DNA of 64,000 nucleotides from Cyanobacteriota bacterium (GCA_046340755.1 JBKDSY010000065.1:3633-67632), one strand, 5' to 3'. Shown: positions 41,601 through 51,229, numbered from the stretch's first letter. Translations and numbers: made by a program. Notes: a model not told the origin generated them from the letters alone.

Positions 41601-42089
41601 ATGTCTTCGTCCCTTCGTGTTGCAACTCTTGCAATTCTGAGCACTGCTGCTCTGCCTTTTCTGTCTCCTACACCCGCATCCGCTGTGGTGGTCAACGTCG
41701 GTGGACAGTCCTATGACGTCACCGTATTGAACACCTCCTATGCGAACAGCACCGGCATGTTCCAGCTTCCTCCAGCCGGTGCCATGCCCTGGTGGGGGGA
41801 TGACATGTTGGCGTCTGAGTTTGCCGCTGAGGTATACAACTCGCTTGGCGCAGGCTGGGATGCAAATTATGGTCCCGTCTTTGCCCATGGTGAATCGCTT
41901 GGACAGGTGTTGGGATTGACCCAATCGATCTCCAATCCCCTGGATCAAATCGATGTGACACTCACCACAAACACCACCATGACCTATGCGATTGCCACCA
42001 CCCCGGTGCCGGGTCCGCTGCCGTTGTTTGGGGCTGCTGCAGCCTTTGGCTGGTCGCGTCGACTGAGAAAGCGGCTGGTGATTCGCTGA
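41601..42089 (+). CDS. Secreted protein with a PEP-CTERM-like sorting tail
   Basis: Signal peptide; tail VPGPLPLFGAAAAFGWSRRLRKRL. Confidence 0.8.
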   Translation: MSSSLRVATLAILSTAALPFLSPTPASAVVVNVGGQSYDVTVLNTSYANSTGMFQLPPAGAMPWWGDDMLASEFAAEVYNSLGAGWDANYGPVFAHGESLGQVLGLTQSISNPLDQIDVTLTTNTTMTYAIATTPVPGPLPLFGAAAAFGWSRRLRKRLVIR

Positions 42090-42149
42090 CCGCCATCTGG
42101 TTGCATTCAGGCCACGGCCGGTGTGCTGGTAAAGGCATCACCGGCCTCC

Positions 42150-42512
42150 CTAGACACATGCTCCCAGCATTGAGGCGGGTGCGGATATCAGCCAGCTCGG
42201 TGCTCGACCGGGAGAGCTGTGCGGAGAGTTGGTGCAGCTCTCCAACCACAACCAGCCAAAACTGATCACCTGCAGGGGCACCAGCAGGGCAAACACCACC
42301 CCCCAGCGGCTGGCGAGCTTAAGGGTCTGGGGAATGAGGGTGGCCCCCTGCTCGTCGTTGGGGCTGTGAAAAAGGCTGGAGAAACGCAGCAGGATCACGG
42401 CCAGCAGCACCAGAATCTCCAACACAACGGCCAGCCGGCGGGCATGGGCAGGCACGGCGTTGCGACGATCGGCGTTGGCCGCTGGTTGGGGTGGTGGCCT
42501 CATCACGCGCAC
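42150..42512 (-). pseudogene. HpsJ-like membrane protein remnant
   Basis: ALLVPLQVISFGWLW; the expected coiled-coil continuation (ELHQLSAQLSRSSTELADIRTRL) is in another frame near 42240; shorter than intact members. Confidence 0.45.
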
Positions 42513-42823
42513 ACGTTGCTCGCGGCCTGGCGCAGGCGCTGGGTCTGGCTGCGCAGGCGGCGGCTGTAGCCCAAGGCGAACGCGGAACCCAGGATCGGCA
42601 GGGGGGCGGGCACGGGCTGGGTTTCAGACGCCATGCTCAGGCCGCCATCAGTGGCCACGTAGATGGTGCTACCGCTGGCGTAAACGCCACTTCCAAAGTC
42701 TCCGCCCAAGCCTTTGTAGGTGGTTTTGTTGGTGAAAGTGAGTCCATTTGCCTGGGAAGGCGGTGCGGCAGCCAGGATGCCTGCAATGGCAGCAGCTCAA
42801 ACGTTTGGGACAACAAACCACAT
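42503..42823 (-). pseudogene. Collapsed PEP-CTERM-like repeat protein with a TGA in the signal peptide
   Basis: MWFVVPNV*AAAIAGILAAAPPSQA (TGA 42797-42799), one repeat unit TFTNKTT...GVYASGSTIYVATDGGLS, tail VPAPLPILGSAFALGYSRRLR. Confidence 0.65.
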
Positions 42824-42990
42824 GGGAATATCTTCGTCGAATCCAAGCCTCCCCCCCTAAAAAAAGGTCAACCATCTGTGCGCATGTGCTGACAGCAAAT
42901 GTGCGACGCTCTGCGGGTGGGTTTCAAGCGGCTGATGGCGGCCCATCCTTGCGTTGTTGGGCAGTGGTCAACCAATGATATGAGGTCATA

Positions 42991-43107
42991 ATGGTAGCAA
43001 TCGACCCAGTTCTTAAGCAGTTCAGCGCCGCCCTTGATGAGATATATGGCGTTCGTCTAGAGCGCGTCGTGCTATTCGTATATTTGCAGCGAGCCTACCG
43101 GCCGTGA
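42991..43107 (+). pseudogene. Truncated MNT-type nucleotidyltransferase antitoxin
   Basis: MVAIDPVLKQFSAALDEIYGVRLERVVLF breaks off where GS and the DxD motif should follow. Confidence 0.6.
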
Positions 43108-43131
43108 TCGCCACTTGGCGCTGCAAGCGCT

Positions 43132-43524
43132 TTAATCCGTTGCGGAGCGGAGGTCTGTATGCACGAAATCATCGCCTTTGAACAACAGAGCTTCGTCAAG
43201 AAAGCGTGCCAGGGCATAGGAGAAGCAATCACCAAGATTGAGTCCAGCGCGATGACGTCCCTTGCCGTAGCGTGCAAAGGCTGTACGGGCGAGTTCCGCC
43301 TGCTCCGGATTAAAGTTCACGATCTCCACCTGTGCTGTGCGGAGAAAGAGTTCAAGATCGGCCTGACCCTCGGCACCAAAACGTGCCAGAACCACGATCG
43401 AGAGTTCCACGAGCGTGGCGGCAGAGAGTGAGCATCTCTTGGCAGCCACGATCAAGGCATTGAATGTTCTACGCTCAGGCTCATCTTGGAGAATGGCGAG
43501 AACAGCGGAGGAATCGATCACCAT
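43132..43524 (-). CDS. vapC: VapC PIN-domain toxin
   Basis: MVIDSSAVLAIL, TLVE, LNLGDCFSYALA, LLFKGDDF. Confidence 0.92.
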   Translation of the reverse strand: MVIDSSAVLAILQDEPERRTFNALIVAAKRCSLSAATLVELSIVVLARFGAEGQADLELFLRTAQVEIVNFNPEQAELARTAFARYGKGRHRAGLNLGDCFSYALARFLDEALLFKGDDFVHTDLRSATD

Positions 43525-43793
43525 CAGCAGGGCAAGCCAGTGGCGTCGTATCCGCAGATCTCCTCGGCGCTGCGCGTATCAAGAATTGGCCTGGCAGCAC
43601 AGCGCAAGGCAATCCGATCGAGCCGATCAAGCCGGCTGTCCTGCTGCTCGTCCTGCGCCTGCCGTTGGTGCTGCAGGCGATGCAGCCGCTCCTTGAGGGC
43701 CTGAATCACCGCAGTGGTCTTGGTTTCCCCCGTGAGGATCGCCACCTCCGCGGCCAGCTGATTGGCCTCCTCACTGCGGATGTTGAGCGGCAT
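43524..43793 (-). CDS. vapB: VapB antitoxin (ribbon-helix-helix)
   Basis: MPLNIRSEEANQLAAEVAILTGETKTTAVIQAL; TGATG overlap with vapC. Confidence 0.9.
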   Translation of the reverse strand: MPLNIRSEEANQLAAEVAILTGETKTTAVIQALKERLHRLQHQRQAQDEQQDSRLDRLDRIALRCAARPILDTRSAEEICGYDATGLPC

Positions 43794-43894
43794 GATCCCA
43801 GCCGTGTAGACAGTCTATGGCCAGTGTAGACGGCGAATGCTCCTGTTGATCCATGGGCTCGTGCACTGAACCAACCTGGCTGAGGCAATTTCGC

Positions 43895-44004
43895 AGGCGC
43901 AGCGTCCGCGCCTGCCCCTGGAGCAACTGGAAGCCCTGGCAGAAGCCCTCCTCGATTTCCTCAGTCCGGCGGATCTGGAGCGCTGGCTGAAAGCCGCAGG
44001 CTGA
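43895..44004 (+). pseudogene. DUF4351-like C-terminal domain remnant
   Basis: LPLEQLEALAEALLDFLSPADLERWL*, no start, apparent frameshift near 43910. Confidence 0.6.
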
Positions 44005-44257
44005 TCCTCGACTGCTGGGCTCGCGACTTGCCTCGTCCAGCCACCAGGAGCTGTTGATCCAGCGGATCTTCCGGGTCGCATCACCCAGCCTCTCGCCCTC
44101 ACCGGCAGGCCGCGCCTTGCCCCAGCATTTGCCGAGGTGTGCGAAGCCCATCCAGACGCGGGGCTGGAGTTGTCCGCCGCTGGCGCGCTGATGGCGATGA
44201 CTCCAGTGTCAGGGAAACAGGCTCCCGCTATACCTTGAGCAGTCCCAGCAGCCCCCC

Positions 44258-44743
44258 ATGGCACCCTCCGCACCCCCGATCGACATCGGCATCCCCGACG
44301 CCCAACGGCAACAGATCGCCGAAGGGCTGGGTCGGGTGTTGGCGGACAGCACCGTGCTTTACAGCAAAACCCACGGCTTCCACTGGAACGTGACCGGGCC
44401 GATGTTCAACACGCTCCATCTGATGTTCATGGAGCACTACACCGAGCTCTGGACGGCCCTGGATGGCATCGCCGAGCGGATCCGCGCCCTCGGCTTCCCC
44501 GCCCCCTACGGAAGCAGCGCCATCGCCCGCCTCGCCTCCATCCCTGAAACCGAGGGCAATCCGGCCGCCCTGGCGATGGTGCGGGAGCTGGTGATCGGCC
44601 ACGAGGCCGTGGCACGCACCATCCGGGAGGTGTTTGGGCTGGCGGAGGCAGCCAGTGACCAACCCACCGCCGACTTGCTCACCCAGCGGCTGCAGGTGCA
44701 CGAAAAAACGGCCTGGATGCTGCGCAGCCTCCTGGAAGACTGA
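44258..44743 (+). CDS. dps: Dps DNA starvation/stationary-phase protection protein
   Basis: KTHGFHWNVTGPMFNTLHLMF, DGIAERIRALG, HEKTAWMLRS. Confidence 0.95.
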   Translation: MAPSAPPIDIGIPDAQRQQIAEGLGRVLADSTVLYSKTHGFHWNVTGPMFNTLHLMFMEHYTELWTALDGIAERIRALGFPAPYGSSAIARLASIPETEGNPAALAMVRELVIGHEAVARTIREVFGLAEAASDQPTADLLTQRLQVHEKTAWMLRSLLED

Positions 44744-44792
44744 GTCAGCCCGCGCCCGAGCGTCGCTGAGAGGGTGGCCCGGGAAGACCTCA

Positions 44793-45881
44793 CTACCGCC
44801 AGCCGTTGGAGCGCATCAAGGTGACGGCCTCTCGATTGCGCGCCCCCATGGCCTGGGCGCTCACCCCATCCGCCTGGAAACTCCCCCAGCGATTGAGGAT
44901 GGGATGGCCGCCCATGCCCTTAAGGGGATATTCGTTGTTGGCAGCGGCGTAGCCCTTGCCGCCGCTGGCGGAGGCCAGAAACTCAATCAACTTGGTGGCG
45001 GCCGCCGCCTTCTTTGACGCCCGAGTCACCCCCGCCCCAGTGACATTCACGTGGGCGGGGGTGGGGAAGACCACCTGGATCTGGCTGGCCAGGGCTTTGT
45101 CACCCGCGCCGCTCTCTCCGGAGAGCATCCGGGCCACGTAGTAGGAATTCACCAGGCCAACGGCACAATCGCCCTTGGCCACAGCCCGGGCCAGGGGGAC
45201 GTCGGCGGTGAAGAAGGCTTGTCGGGGGTTGCGATTGGCCACCATCCCCCGGATCCAGTCGCGAGTGGCATTGACACCACGAAGAATTAATTGATCCGCC
45301 ACCAGCGACTGGTTGTAAACGCTGCGACTGTCCCGCAGGCACAGCTTGCCCTTGAGGGCAGGCTTGGCGAGATCGGCGTAGGTGCGGATGGTCGCGGGAT
45401 TGACCTGTTTCGGATTGACGATCACCACCCGCACCCGGCGGGTGAGGGCATACCACCGATCCTGGCCGTCTCGCAACGGCGCCGGCACGTCACGGCGCAG
45501 GGCAGCGGATCGAATCGGCTGAAACAGTCCCATCTGCGCGGCCTTGTCCAGTCGGGCCGCGTCCACGAGCACCAGCACATCGGCCGGGCTGTTGGCACCC
45601 TCCTGCCGCAGGCGCTCGATGAGGGCATCGTCCTTGCCCTCCAGCAACTTGATGCGAATGCCGGTGCGGGCGGTGAAGGCCTTGTAGAGGGCCTGATCGC
45701 TGTTGTAGTGGCGGCCGGAGTACACCCCCAGCTCAATCTGGGCCAGGGCGGCGGGGGAAACCAGGGCCCCCAGGGCAAGGGTGCAAGGTAGGGCCAGACC
45801 GGCCATCAGGCGGGTGGCCAGCGGGGAGCGTGTGGGGCGATTCAGAAGGGGTGTCACCGGAAAACCTCTTGAAGTCGCCAT
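44793..45881 (-). CDS. futA: Fe(III) ABC transporter substrate-binding protein FutA/IdiA
   Basis: VYSGRHYNSD, ANSPADV, SVYNQSL, VNSYY, AANNEYP. Confidence 0.92.
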   Translation of the reverse strand: MATSRGFPVTPLLNRPTRSPLATRLMAGLALPCTLALGALVSPAALAQIELGVYSGRHYNSDQALYKAFTARTGIRIKLLEGKDDALIERLRQEGANSPADVLVLVDAARLDKAAQMGLFQPIRSAALRRDVPAPLRDGQDRWYALTRRVRVVIVNPKQVNPATIRTYADLAKPALKGKLCLRDSRSVYNQSLVADQLILRGVNATRDWIRGMVANRNPRQAFFTADVPLARAVAKGDCAVGLVNSYYVARMLSGESGAGDKALASQIQVVFPTPAHVNVTGAGVTRASKKAAAATKLIEFLASASGGKGYAAANNEYPLKGMGGHPILNRWGSFQADGVSAQAMGARNREAVTLMRSNGWR

Positions 45882-46027
45882 CCCCCCCTCGGCCCGTGCC
45901 CTTGGCCAGCCCGCTGCGGAAGGCTGGAGAGCTCGCATTGGTTGACCCAGGGGGAGGGACGGCAAGGCGATGGAGCGAGGCTAGAAATCCCCAGGAAGGC
46001 AGCCCCTGGCAAATGCTGCCAAGTGAA

Positions 46028-46081
46028 GTGACTTTTGCTACCAGCGCCCCACCACCCTCCTGCAATTGAGAATCGCTTGCA
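46028..46081. promoter_or_regulatory. Candidate operator sites in the futA/crp divergent promoter
   Basis: GTG-N8-TAC at 46028-46041 (CRP/NtcA-family-like); TGCAA-N11-TTGCA containing ATTGAGAAT at 46061-46081 (Fur-box-like). Confidence 0.3.
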
Positions 46082-46140
46082 AAAAGGTGGGTGGGTCCCC
46101 TAGGTTGCGGCCATTCGTCACGCCAGCTTCCTTGGCTCCG

Positions 46141-46737
46141 ATGGCCCAACGCTCCGAGTCCCCTCCCCCGGGGCTTCCCATCCAGCTCCCCCCTGGCCAA
46201 ACCGTGCTCCTCGATCCGGGCTTTCGGCCCTCAGGGGCCTGCCTGCAGGTGCTCAGTGGCATCGCCCGGGTGTATTGCCCCTGTGAGGAAACCGAGGGGA
46301 TGACCATCGCCTTCCTGCAGGCTGGCGACCAGCTCCGCACCGATCGGCTCTGCAGCGAGGGCGTCTGCGTCGAAGCCCTGACGGCCTTGAGCTTCTGCCG
46401 CCATGACCCGGCCGGGGAGGGCTTGGGCTTTGACCCCGTGAATGAATGGACCCTCCAGCTCCTGCGCATCCGCCACCTCGGCAACGCAGAAAAGCGCCTG
46501 CACGCCTTGCTCGCCCTGCTGGTGCGGCGCCTGGGTCGCCGTTGTGGCGCTTGGTGTGATCTCCCCTTCCGCCTCACCCATGAGCGGATCGCCGAGCTGA
46601 TCGGCACCACCCGGGTCACCACCACCCGCCTGCTCTCCCGCATCCGCAACGCCGACCTGCTGCTCGTGCCCGCCGGAGAGCCGGGTCTGCGCCTGGCTCC
46701 CTCCCTGGTGGAAACCGCTCCCCTGGCCGAGGGCTGA
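46141..46737 (+). CDS. Crp/Fnr-family transcriptional regulator
   Basis: GMTIAFLQAGD, FRLTHERIAELIGTTRVTTTRLL HTH. Confidence 0.9.
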   Translation: MAQRSESPPPGLPIQLPPGQTVLLDPGFRPSGACLQVLSGIARVYCPCEETEGMTIAFLQAGDQLRTDRLCSEGVCVEALTALSFCRHDPAGEGLGFDPVNEWTLQLLRIRHLGNAEKRLHALLALLVRRLGRRCGAWCDLPFRLTHERIAELIGTTRVTTTRLLSRIRNADLLLVPAGEPGLRLAPSLVETAPLAEG

Positions 46738-46739
46738 CG

Positions 46740-48239
46740 TCAGCGCCGCGCCGCCCGCAGGGCCAGGCCGGCGGCCACCATCCCCAGCAGGGGTCTCTCT
46801 CCTCCACGGAGGTAGGGGGTGAAGCCGAAGCTGGCGGGCACGCGAAACCATCCGCTGGTGGTGCGTCCACTGGGCAGGGAAGCCTCCACCTGGCCCGAGG
46901 GGTTCACCAGCACACTCGGGCCGGTGTTGGCCGCGCTCACGAGCCAGCGGCCACTTTCCATCGCCCGAAGCCGCGCCAAGGCCTCGAATTGGCTCTGCAG
47001 GGAGAGGGGATAGGGGTCGAGATTGGCGCTGGCAAGCAGCCAGCGAGCGCCCTCGCGACTGGCCCGGGCCAAGGCGCGGCCATCGGCGATCTCGTAGCAG
47101 ATCGCCACCCCGATGGGCCCCGACGGACGCCACAGCAACCGTGAGGCGTCGCCCGGCTCCACGCCTCCCACGGCGGAGAGGCCACTCCAGCGCAGCAGCG
47201 GGGCCAGGGGCACCCATTCCCCCAGGGGCACCACCCGGTGCTTGTCCACCCAGCCGCCGGCGGTGGTGCTGTGTGGCGCGAAACGCAGCAGGGCACTGCG
47301 CAGGGAGACGTCATCACGGCGAAAGCCACCACTGAGCACCTCCACCGACACCCTCTCGGGAAGGGGTTGCCCCTCGAGCAACGCCCCCTCCGGCAACACC
47401 ACCGTCGCCCCGCTGGGCTGGGCCTCCCGCAGGGCCGCGGCCAGCAGGCCCACCAGCCGCTTCTGCTGGGCGGGCAGGAATTTCTGGCGGGTGGGAATCG
47501 CCGGTTGCACCACCAAGACGGTCTCCGCGGGGGACGCTGCCCCGACCGCTGGCTCGGCCTCCGCCCGGGGAACCAGGGCCGCGGCCCCCACCCCGTGGGC
47601 CACCACCAGGCCCATGGTCAGCAGCACCCCCCAGGCGCCCGATGTCAGGCCGACAAGGGGCCGCTCCCCGCTCCACCGCCTGGCCAGGGCCCGAGCCCAA
47701 CGCCACAGCCCCCAGCCCAGGAGCATCTGCAGCGCCGCGATCCCGCCAGCCCCCACCACGGCGGCCAGGCCCGCCAGCCAGGGGTCGCCAGGCAGGGGGG
47801 AAGCCCCCAACCCAATCCAGAACAGGGGGCCCTTGGCCAACCCCACCTCTGCAAGGCCCCACAGCCCCGCCCCCAGCAGGGCCGAGCTGGCCCGTGCGGG
47901 ATCCAGGCGCCGCGCCAGGGCCATCCAGGCCCCCACCAACAGGCCACCGAGCGATGCGCAGAAGCCCCAAAGGACAAGGCAGATGGGCAGGCTCAGGGGG
48001 GCGGGCACCCCAATCCAATCCAGGGGATGGAGCGCCGGCAGCCACCGATGGCTGACCAACACGGCGGCGGTTCCCCACACCCAACCGGCCCTCCAGCCCG
48101 GCGGTCCGCTGGTCTGGGCCCACAGCACCGCCAAGCAGGGCCACAGCAACCAGGGCCAGCCCAGGGGGGGAAGCGAGAGACCCGCCAAGGCTCCGGCCGT
48201 CCCCGCCAGGAGCAGCCGCGGGAGCCGGTCATTTCCCAT
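46740..48239 (-). CDS. lnt: Apolipoprotein N-acyltransferase
   Basis: VVQPAIP, VVLPEGA, DKHRVVPLGEW, AICYE, ARLRAMESGRWLVSAANTGPS. Confidence 0.9.
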   Translation of the reverse strand: MGNDRLPRLLLAGTAGALAGLSLPPLGWPWLLWPCLAVLWAQTSGPPGWRAGWVWGTAAVLVSHRWLPALHPLDWIGVPAPLSLPICLVLWGFCASLGGLLVGAWMALARRLDPARASSALLGAGLWGLAEVGLAKGPLFWIGLGASPLPGDPWLAGLAAVVGAGGIAALQMLLGWGLWRWARALARRWSGERPLVGLTSGAWGVLLTMGLVVAHGVGAAALVPRAEAEPAVGAASPAETVLVVQPAIPTRQKFLPAQQKRLVGLLAAALREAQPSGATVVLPEGALLEGQPLPERVSVEVLSGGFRRDDVSLRSALLRFAPHSTTAGGWVDKHRVVPLGEWVPLAPLLRWSGLSAVGGVEPGDASRLLWRPSGPIGVAICYEIADGRALARASREGARWLLASANLDPYPLSLQSQFEALARLRAMESGRWLVSAANTGPSVLVNPSGQVEASLPSGRTTSGWFRVPASFGFTPYLRGGERPLLGMVAAGLALRAARR

Positions 48240-48298
48240 GGTCAAGACCTCTCCACGTTGCCATTCTCCCTTTGGCTCCCCCGCACACCATTGCCACC

Positions 48299-48634
48299 AT
48301 GGACCAGGGCAACCTTCTCCAGATGCTCCTTCTGAGGGGCCTCGGCACCACCACCCTGGTGGCCGAACGCTTGCGCTACGTCACCCAGGAATGGGTGCAA
48401 AGCGGCAAGTTGGATCCCTCCCACGCCCCCGCCCTCGTGGAAGACGTGCTGAAAGCCCTGCGGGGCGAGACCCCGGAGGTGGAACAGCAGGCGGAGCGCC
48501 AGTTGGAGCGCAACCGCGACCAGCTGCTCCATGACCTGGGCCTGGCCCGCCAGCGGGAACTCGACGAGCTGCGCGGCCGCATTGATCGCCTTGAAAGTCA
48601 ATTGCGCCAAAGCCAGGGTCAGGGCCAGGGCTAG
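48299..48634 (+). CDS. Phasin-like coiled-coil protein
   Basis: LRGLGTT, LGLARQRELDELRGRIDRLE. Confidence 0.6.
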   Translation: MDQGNLLQMLLLRGLGTTTLVAERLRYVTQEWVQSGKLDPSHAPALVEDVLKALRGETPEVEQQAERQLERNRDQLLHDLGLARQRELDELRGRIDRLESQLRQSQGQGQG

Positions 48635-48695
48635 GGCCAGGCTTCAGGCCCCCCCTGCCAGAATCCCCCCAACCCCTCCTCCCGTCCCGACCTCC

Positions 48696-49331
48696 ATGCG
48701 AGACATTCTCATCAGCGCTGGCGTCTGCCTGGCCTGTCTGATGGTGGCGCTGATCAGCCAACTGGTCACTCCCACGGTGGTGGAGGCGGCCCCCCCCGAG
48801 CCCACCACCACGGTGGCCGCCGCCCTGGCCACCCCCGGGGCAGCGGGCGACCCCGTCGCCGCCGTGCTGCGCTCGCCGCTTGAACTCGATCCCGACGACT
48901 CCAACCCTGCCCTGTTTGCCATGGCCCCCTCGGATGACGCGCCCACCCTTGCCCAGGCCAATGCCCTTGGGGGAGAGATGAGCGCTCCCAAGCCGCGCAC
49001 CACGGCCAGTGGGCTGCAGATCACCGATCTGGTGGTGGGAGAGGGCGAGGAGGCCACGGCTGGCCGAACCGTCTCCGTGAACTACCGCGGCACGTTGCAA
49101 AACGGCAAGGAGTTTGATAGCAGCTACGGCCGAGGCCCCTTCAGCTTTCCGCTCGGCGCCAGCCGGGTGATCAAAGGCTGGGATGAGGGGGTGGCGGGCA
49201 TGAAGGTGGGTGGCAAGCGGCAGCTGGTGATCCCCCCCGATCTGGCCTATGGCTCCCGCGGCGCCGGCGGCGTGATTCCTCCGGATGCCACGCTCCTGTT
49301 TGATGTGGAGCTGCTGGAGGTGGGTCGCTGA
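48696..49331 (+). CDS. FKBP-type peptidyl-prolyl cis-trans isomerase
   Basis: VNYRGTLQNGKEFDSS, VIKGWDEG, IPPDLAYG, IPPDATLLFDVEL. Confidence 0.95.
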   Translation: MRDILISAGVCLACLMVALISQLVTPTVVEAAPPEPTTTVAAALATPGAAGDPVAAVLRSPLELDPDDSNPALFAMAPSDDAPTLAQANALGGEMSAPKPRTTASGLQITDLVVGEGEEATAGRTVSVNYRGTLQNGKEFDSSYGRGPFSFPLGASRVIKGWDEGVAGMKVGGKRQLVIPPDLAYGSRGAGGVIPPDATLLFDVELLEVGR

Positions 49332-49428
49332 GGGTCGGGCAGCCGCCCCGTCTGACCACGGATCCGGCCGGTAGGATGCCGCCGCCAACCGGTTTCATCC
49401 GGCCCTTACCCGCACGCTTTCCCTATCC

Positions 49429-50028
49429 ATGGCGCACCAGCTGCCCGCCCTTCCTTACAGCCTCGATGCGCTCGAGCCCCACATCTCCCGCAACACGCTG
49501 GAGTTTCACCACGGCAAACACCACGCGGCCTACGTCACCAACCTGAACAATCTGGTGGCCGGCACGGATCTCGAGGGCACGTCCCTCGACGACACCATCC
49601 TGGCCGTGGCTGGCGACGCCAGCAAGGCCGGCGTGTTCAACAACGCCGCCCAGGTGTGGAATCACACGTTCTACTGGCAGGGGATGAAGCCTGGCGGCGG
49701 CGGTGCCCCCAGCGGCGAGCTGGCCGCCAAGATCGATGAGGCCTTCGGCAGCTTCGAGGCCTTCAAGGAGCAGTTCAAGGCCGCTGGTGCCACCCAGTTT
49801 GGCAGTGGCTGGGCCTGGCTGGTGCTCGACAACGGCGCCCTGAAGATCACCAAGACAGGCAACGCCGATCTGCCCTTGGCCCATGGCCAGAAGGCCCTGC
49901 TCACCATGGATGTGTGGGAGCACGCCTATTACCTCGACTACCAGAATCGCCGCCCCGACTACATCACCACCTTCCTCGACAAGCTGGTGAATTGGGACTT
50001 TGTTGCCGCCAACCTGGCCGCCGCCTGA
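49429..50028 (+). CDS. sodB: Iron superoxide dismutase
   Basis: HHGKHH, FNNAAQVWNH (Fe-type), DVWEHAYY. Confidence 0.96.
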   Translation: MAHQLPALPYSLDALEPHISRNTLEFHHGKHHAAYVTNLNNLVAGTDLEGTSLDDTILAVAGDASKAGVFNNAAQVWNHTFYWQGMKPGGGGAPSGELAAKIDEAFGSFEAFKEQFKAAGATQFGSGWAWLVLDNGALKITKTGNADLPLAHGQKALLTMDVWEHAYYLDYQNRRPDYITTFLDKLVNWDFVAANLAAA

Positions 50029-50093
50029 CCTCCGTGGCTTTCTGGAGGCTTCCAACTCCCTAGGGGTTCGGTACCGAGAAATTGAGGATCGAC

Positions 50094-50130
50094 AAGACGC
50101 TCCGCCCCCAGTGGCCGGAGCGTCTTTTTT
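50094..50130 (+). terminator. Rho-independent terminator after sodB
   Basis: Stem AAGACGCTCCG / CGGAGCGTCTT followed by a T run. Confidence 0.75.
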
Positions 50131-50169
50131 GTGGTTGGTTGGTCCACTCCCTGCCGCGGGTCGCTCCAG

Positions 50170-50913
50170 ATGTTTGTGCTCAGCAAGCTGCTCCCTCTCC
50201 TGGTGTTGCCGTTGGGGGTGGCCCTGCTGCTGCTGGCCTGGGGCATCGGTCGCCGGCGCTGGACGCCGGTGCGAGGGGCCTTCGCCCTGCTCTGGGTGCT
50301 GGGGACACCCCTGACAGCCCAGGGACTCTGGCGCTGGATGGAGCGCCCCTGGCAACCCCTGCGTCCCCAAACCATGCCCACGGCCGCCGCGATCGTGGTG
50401 CTGGGAGGCGGCCGCCACCCCGCCCCGGGCCCCTTGCGCCGCACGGAATGGGTGGATGCCGATCGCTTCTTCGGCGGCCTGGACCTCTATCGCGCCGGCA
50501 GGGCCCCCCTGCTGCTCTTCACCGGCGGTGCCATCGCCCTCCAGAGCGGGCTGCCCACCGAAGGTGACGTACATCGCGAACAGGCCGAGGCCCTCGGCCT
50601 GCCCCCCCAGGCCCTGGCCGTCACCCCCTACGTGCGCAACACGGCCGAGGAAGCGCGGGCCGTGGCGGCCCAACTGCCCAAGGGCAGCCGGGTGCTGCTG
50701 GTGACCTCCGCCTTCCACATGGCGCGAGCCCGGGCCCTGTTTGAACGCCAGGGCCTGGCGGTGGTGCCCTACCCGGTCGACTTTCAATCCCGCGGCGCCT
50801 GGGCGGGCCCCGTGTGGAGGGATTTTCGCTATTGGTTCCCCAGTGCCGATGGGCTGGACAGCAGCAGCCGCGCCCTGCGGGAGGCGCTGGGGCGACTGTT
50901 GTATCGAAGTTGA
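50170..50913 (+). CDS. YdcF/DUF218-family membrane-anchored protein
   Basis: IVVLGGG, LLFTGG, RNTAEEA, LVTSAFHMARA. Confidence 0.88.
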   Translation: MFVLSKLLPLLVLPLGVALLLLAWGIGRRRWTPVRGAFALLWVLGTPLTAQGLWRWMERPWQPLRPQTMPTAAAIVVLGGGRHPAPGPLRRTEWVDADRFFGGLDLYRAGRAPLLLFTGGAIALQSGLPTEGDVHREQAEALGLPPQALAVTPYVRNTAEEARAVAAQLPKGSRVLLVTSAFHMARARALFERQGLAVVPYPVDFQSRGAWAGPVWRDFRYWFPSADGLDSSSRALREALGRLLYRS

Positions 50914-50995
50914 GCCCCCGCCGGCTGGCGAAAGCGCCAGGGCAGGGTGCTCGCCGCAACAGTGAACTAGACTAAGACTAGGTTCAGACTGATTC

Positions 50996-51229
50996 GTGAT
51001 GGAAGTGGTGAACATCCATCAAGCCAAAACCCACCTCTCCCAGCTTCTGCAGGAGGTGGAACAAGGGCAGGAGGTGGTGATCGCGCGCTCAGGGGTGCCG
51101 ATTGCCCGGTTGGTGGCCTGGCAGGCTCCCGCCCAGCCCGTGGCCGCGCCCGGGGCCATGCGCGGCCAGATCCAGCTGACAGACGATTTCGATGCCCCGC
51201 TTGAGGAGCTGTTTGAGGTGCTGCGGTGA
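50996..51229 (+). CDS. Phd/YefM-family antitoxin
   Basis: VNIHQAKTHLSQLLQEVEQGQEVVIARSGVPIARL. Confidence 0.92.
   Translation: MMEVVNIHQAKTHLSQLLQEVEQGQEVVIARSGVPIARLVAWQAPAQPVAAPGAMRGQIQLTDDFDAPLEELFEVLR

Noticed and set aside
50960-50990. Imperfect palindrome TGAACTAG...CTAGGTTCA before the Phd antitoxin
   Set aside because: A plausible TA autoregulatory operator, but ordinary and too weak to call.
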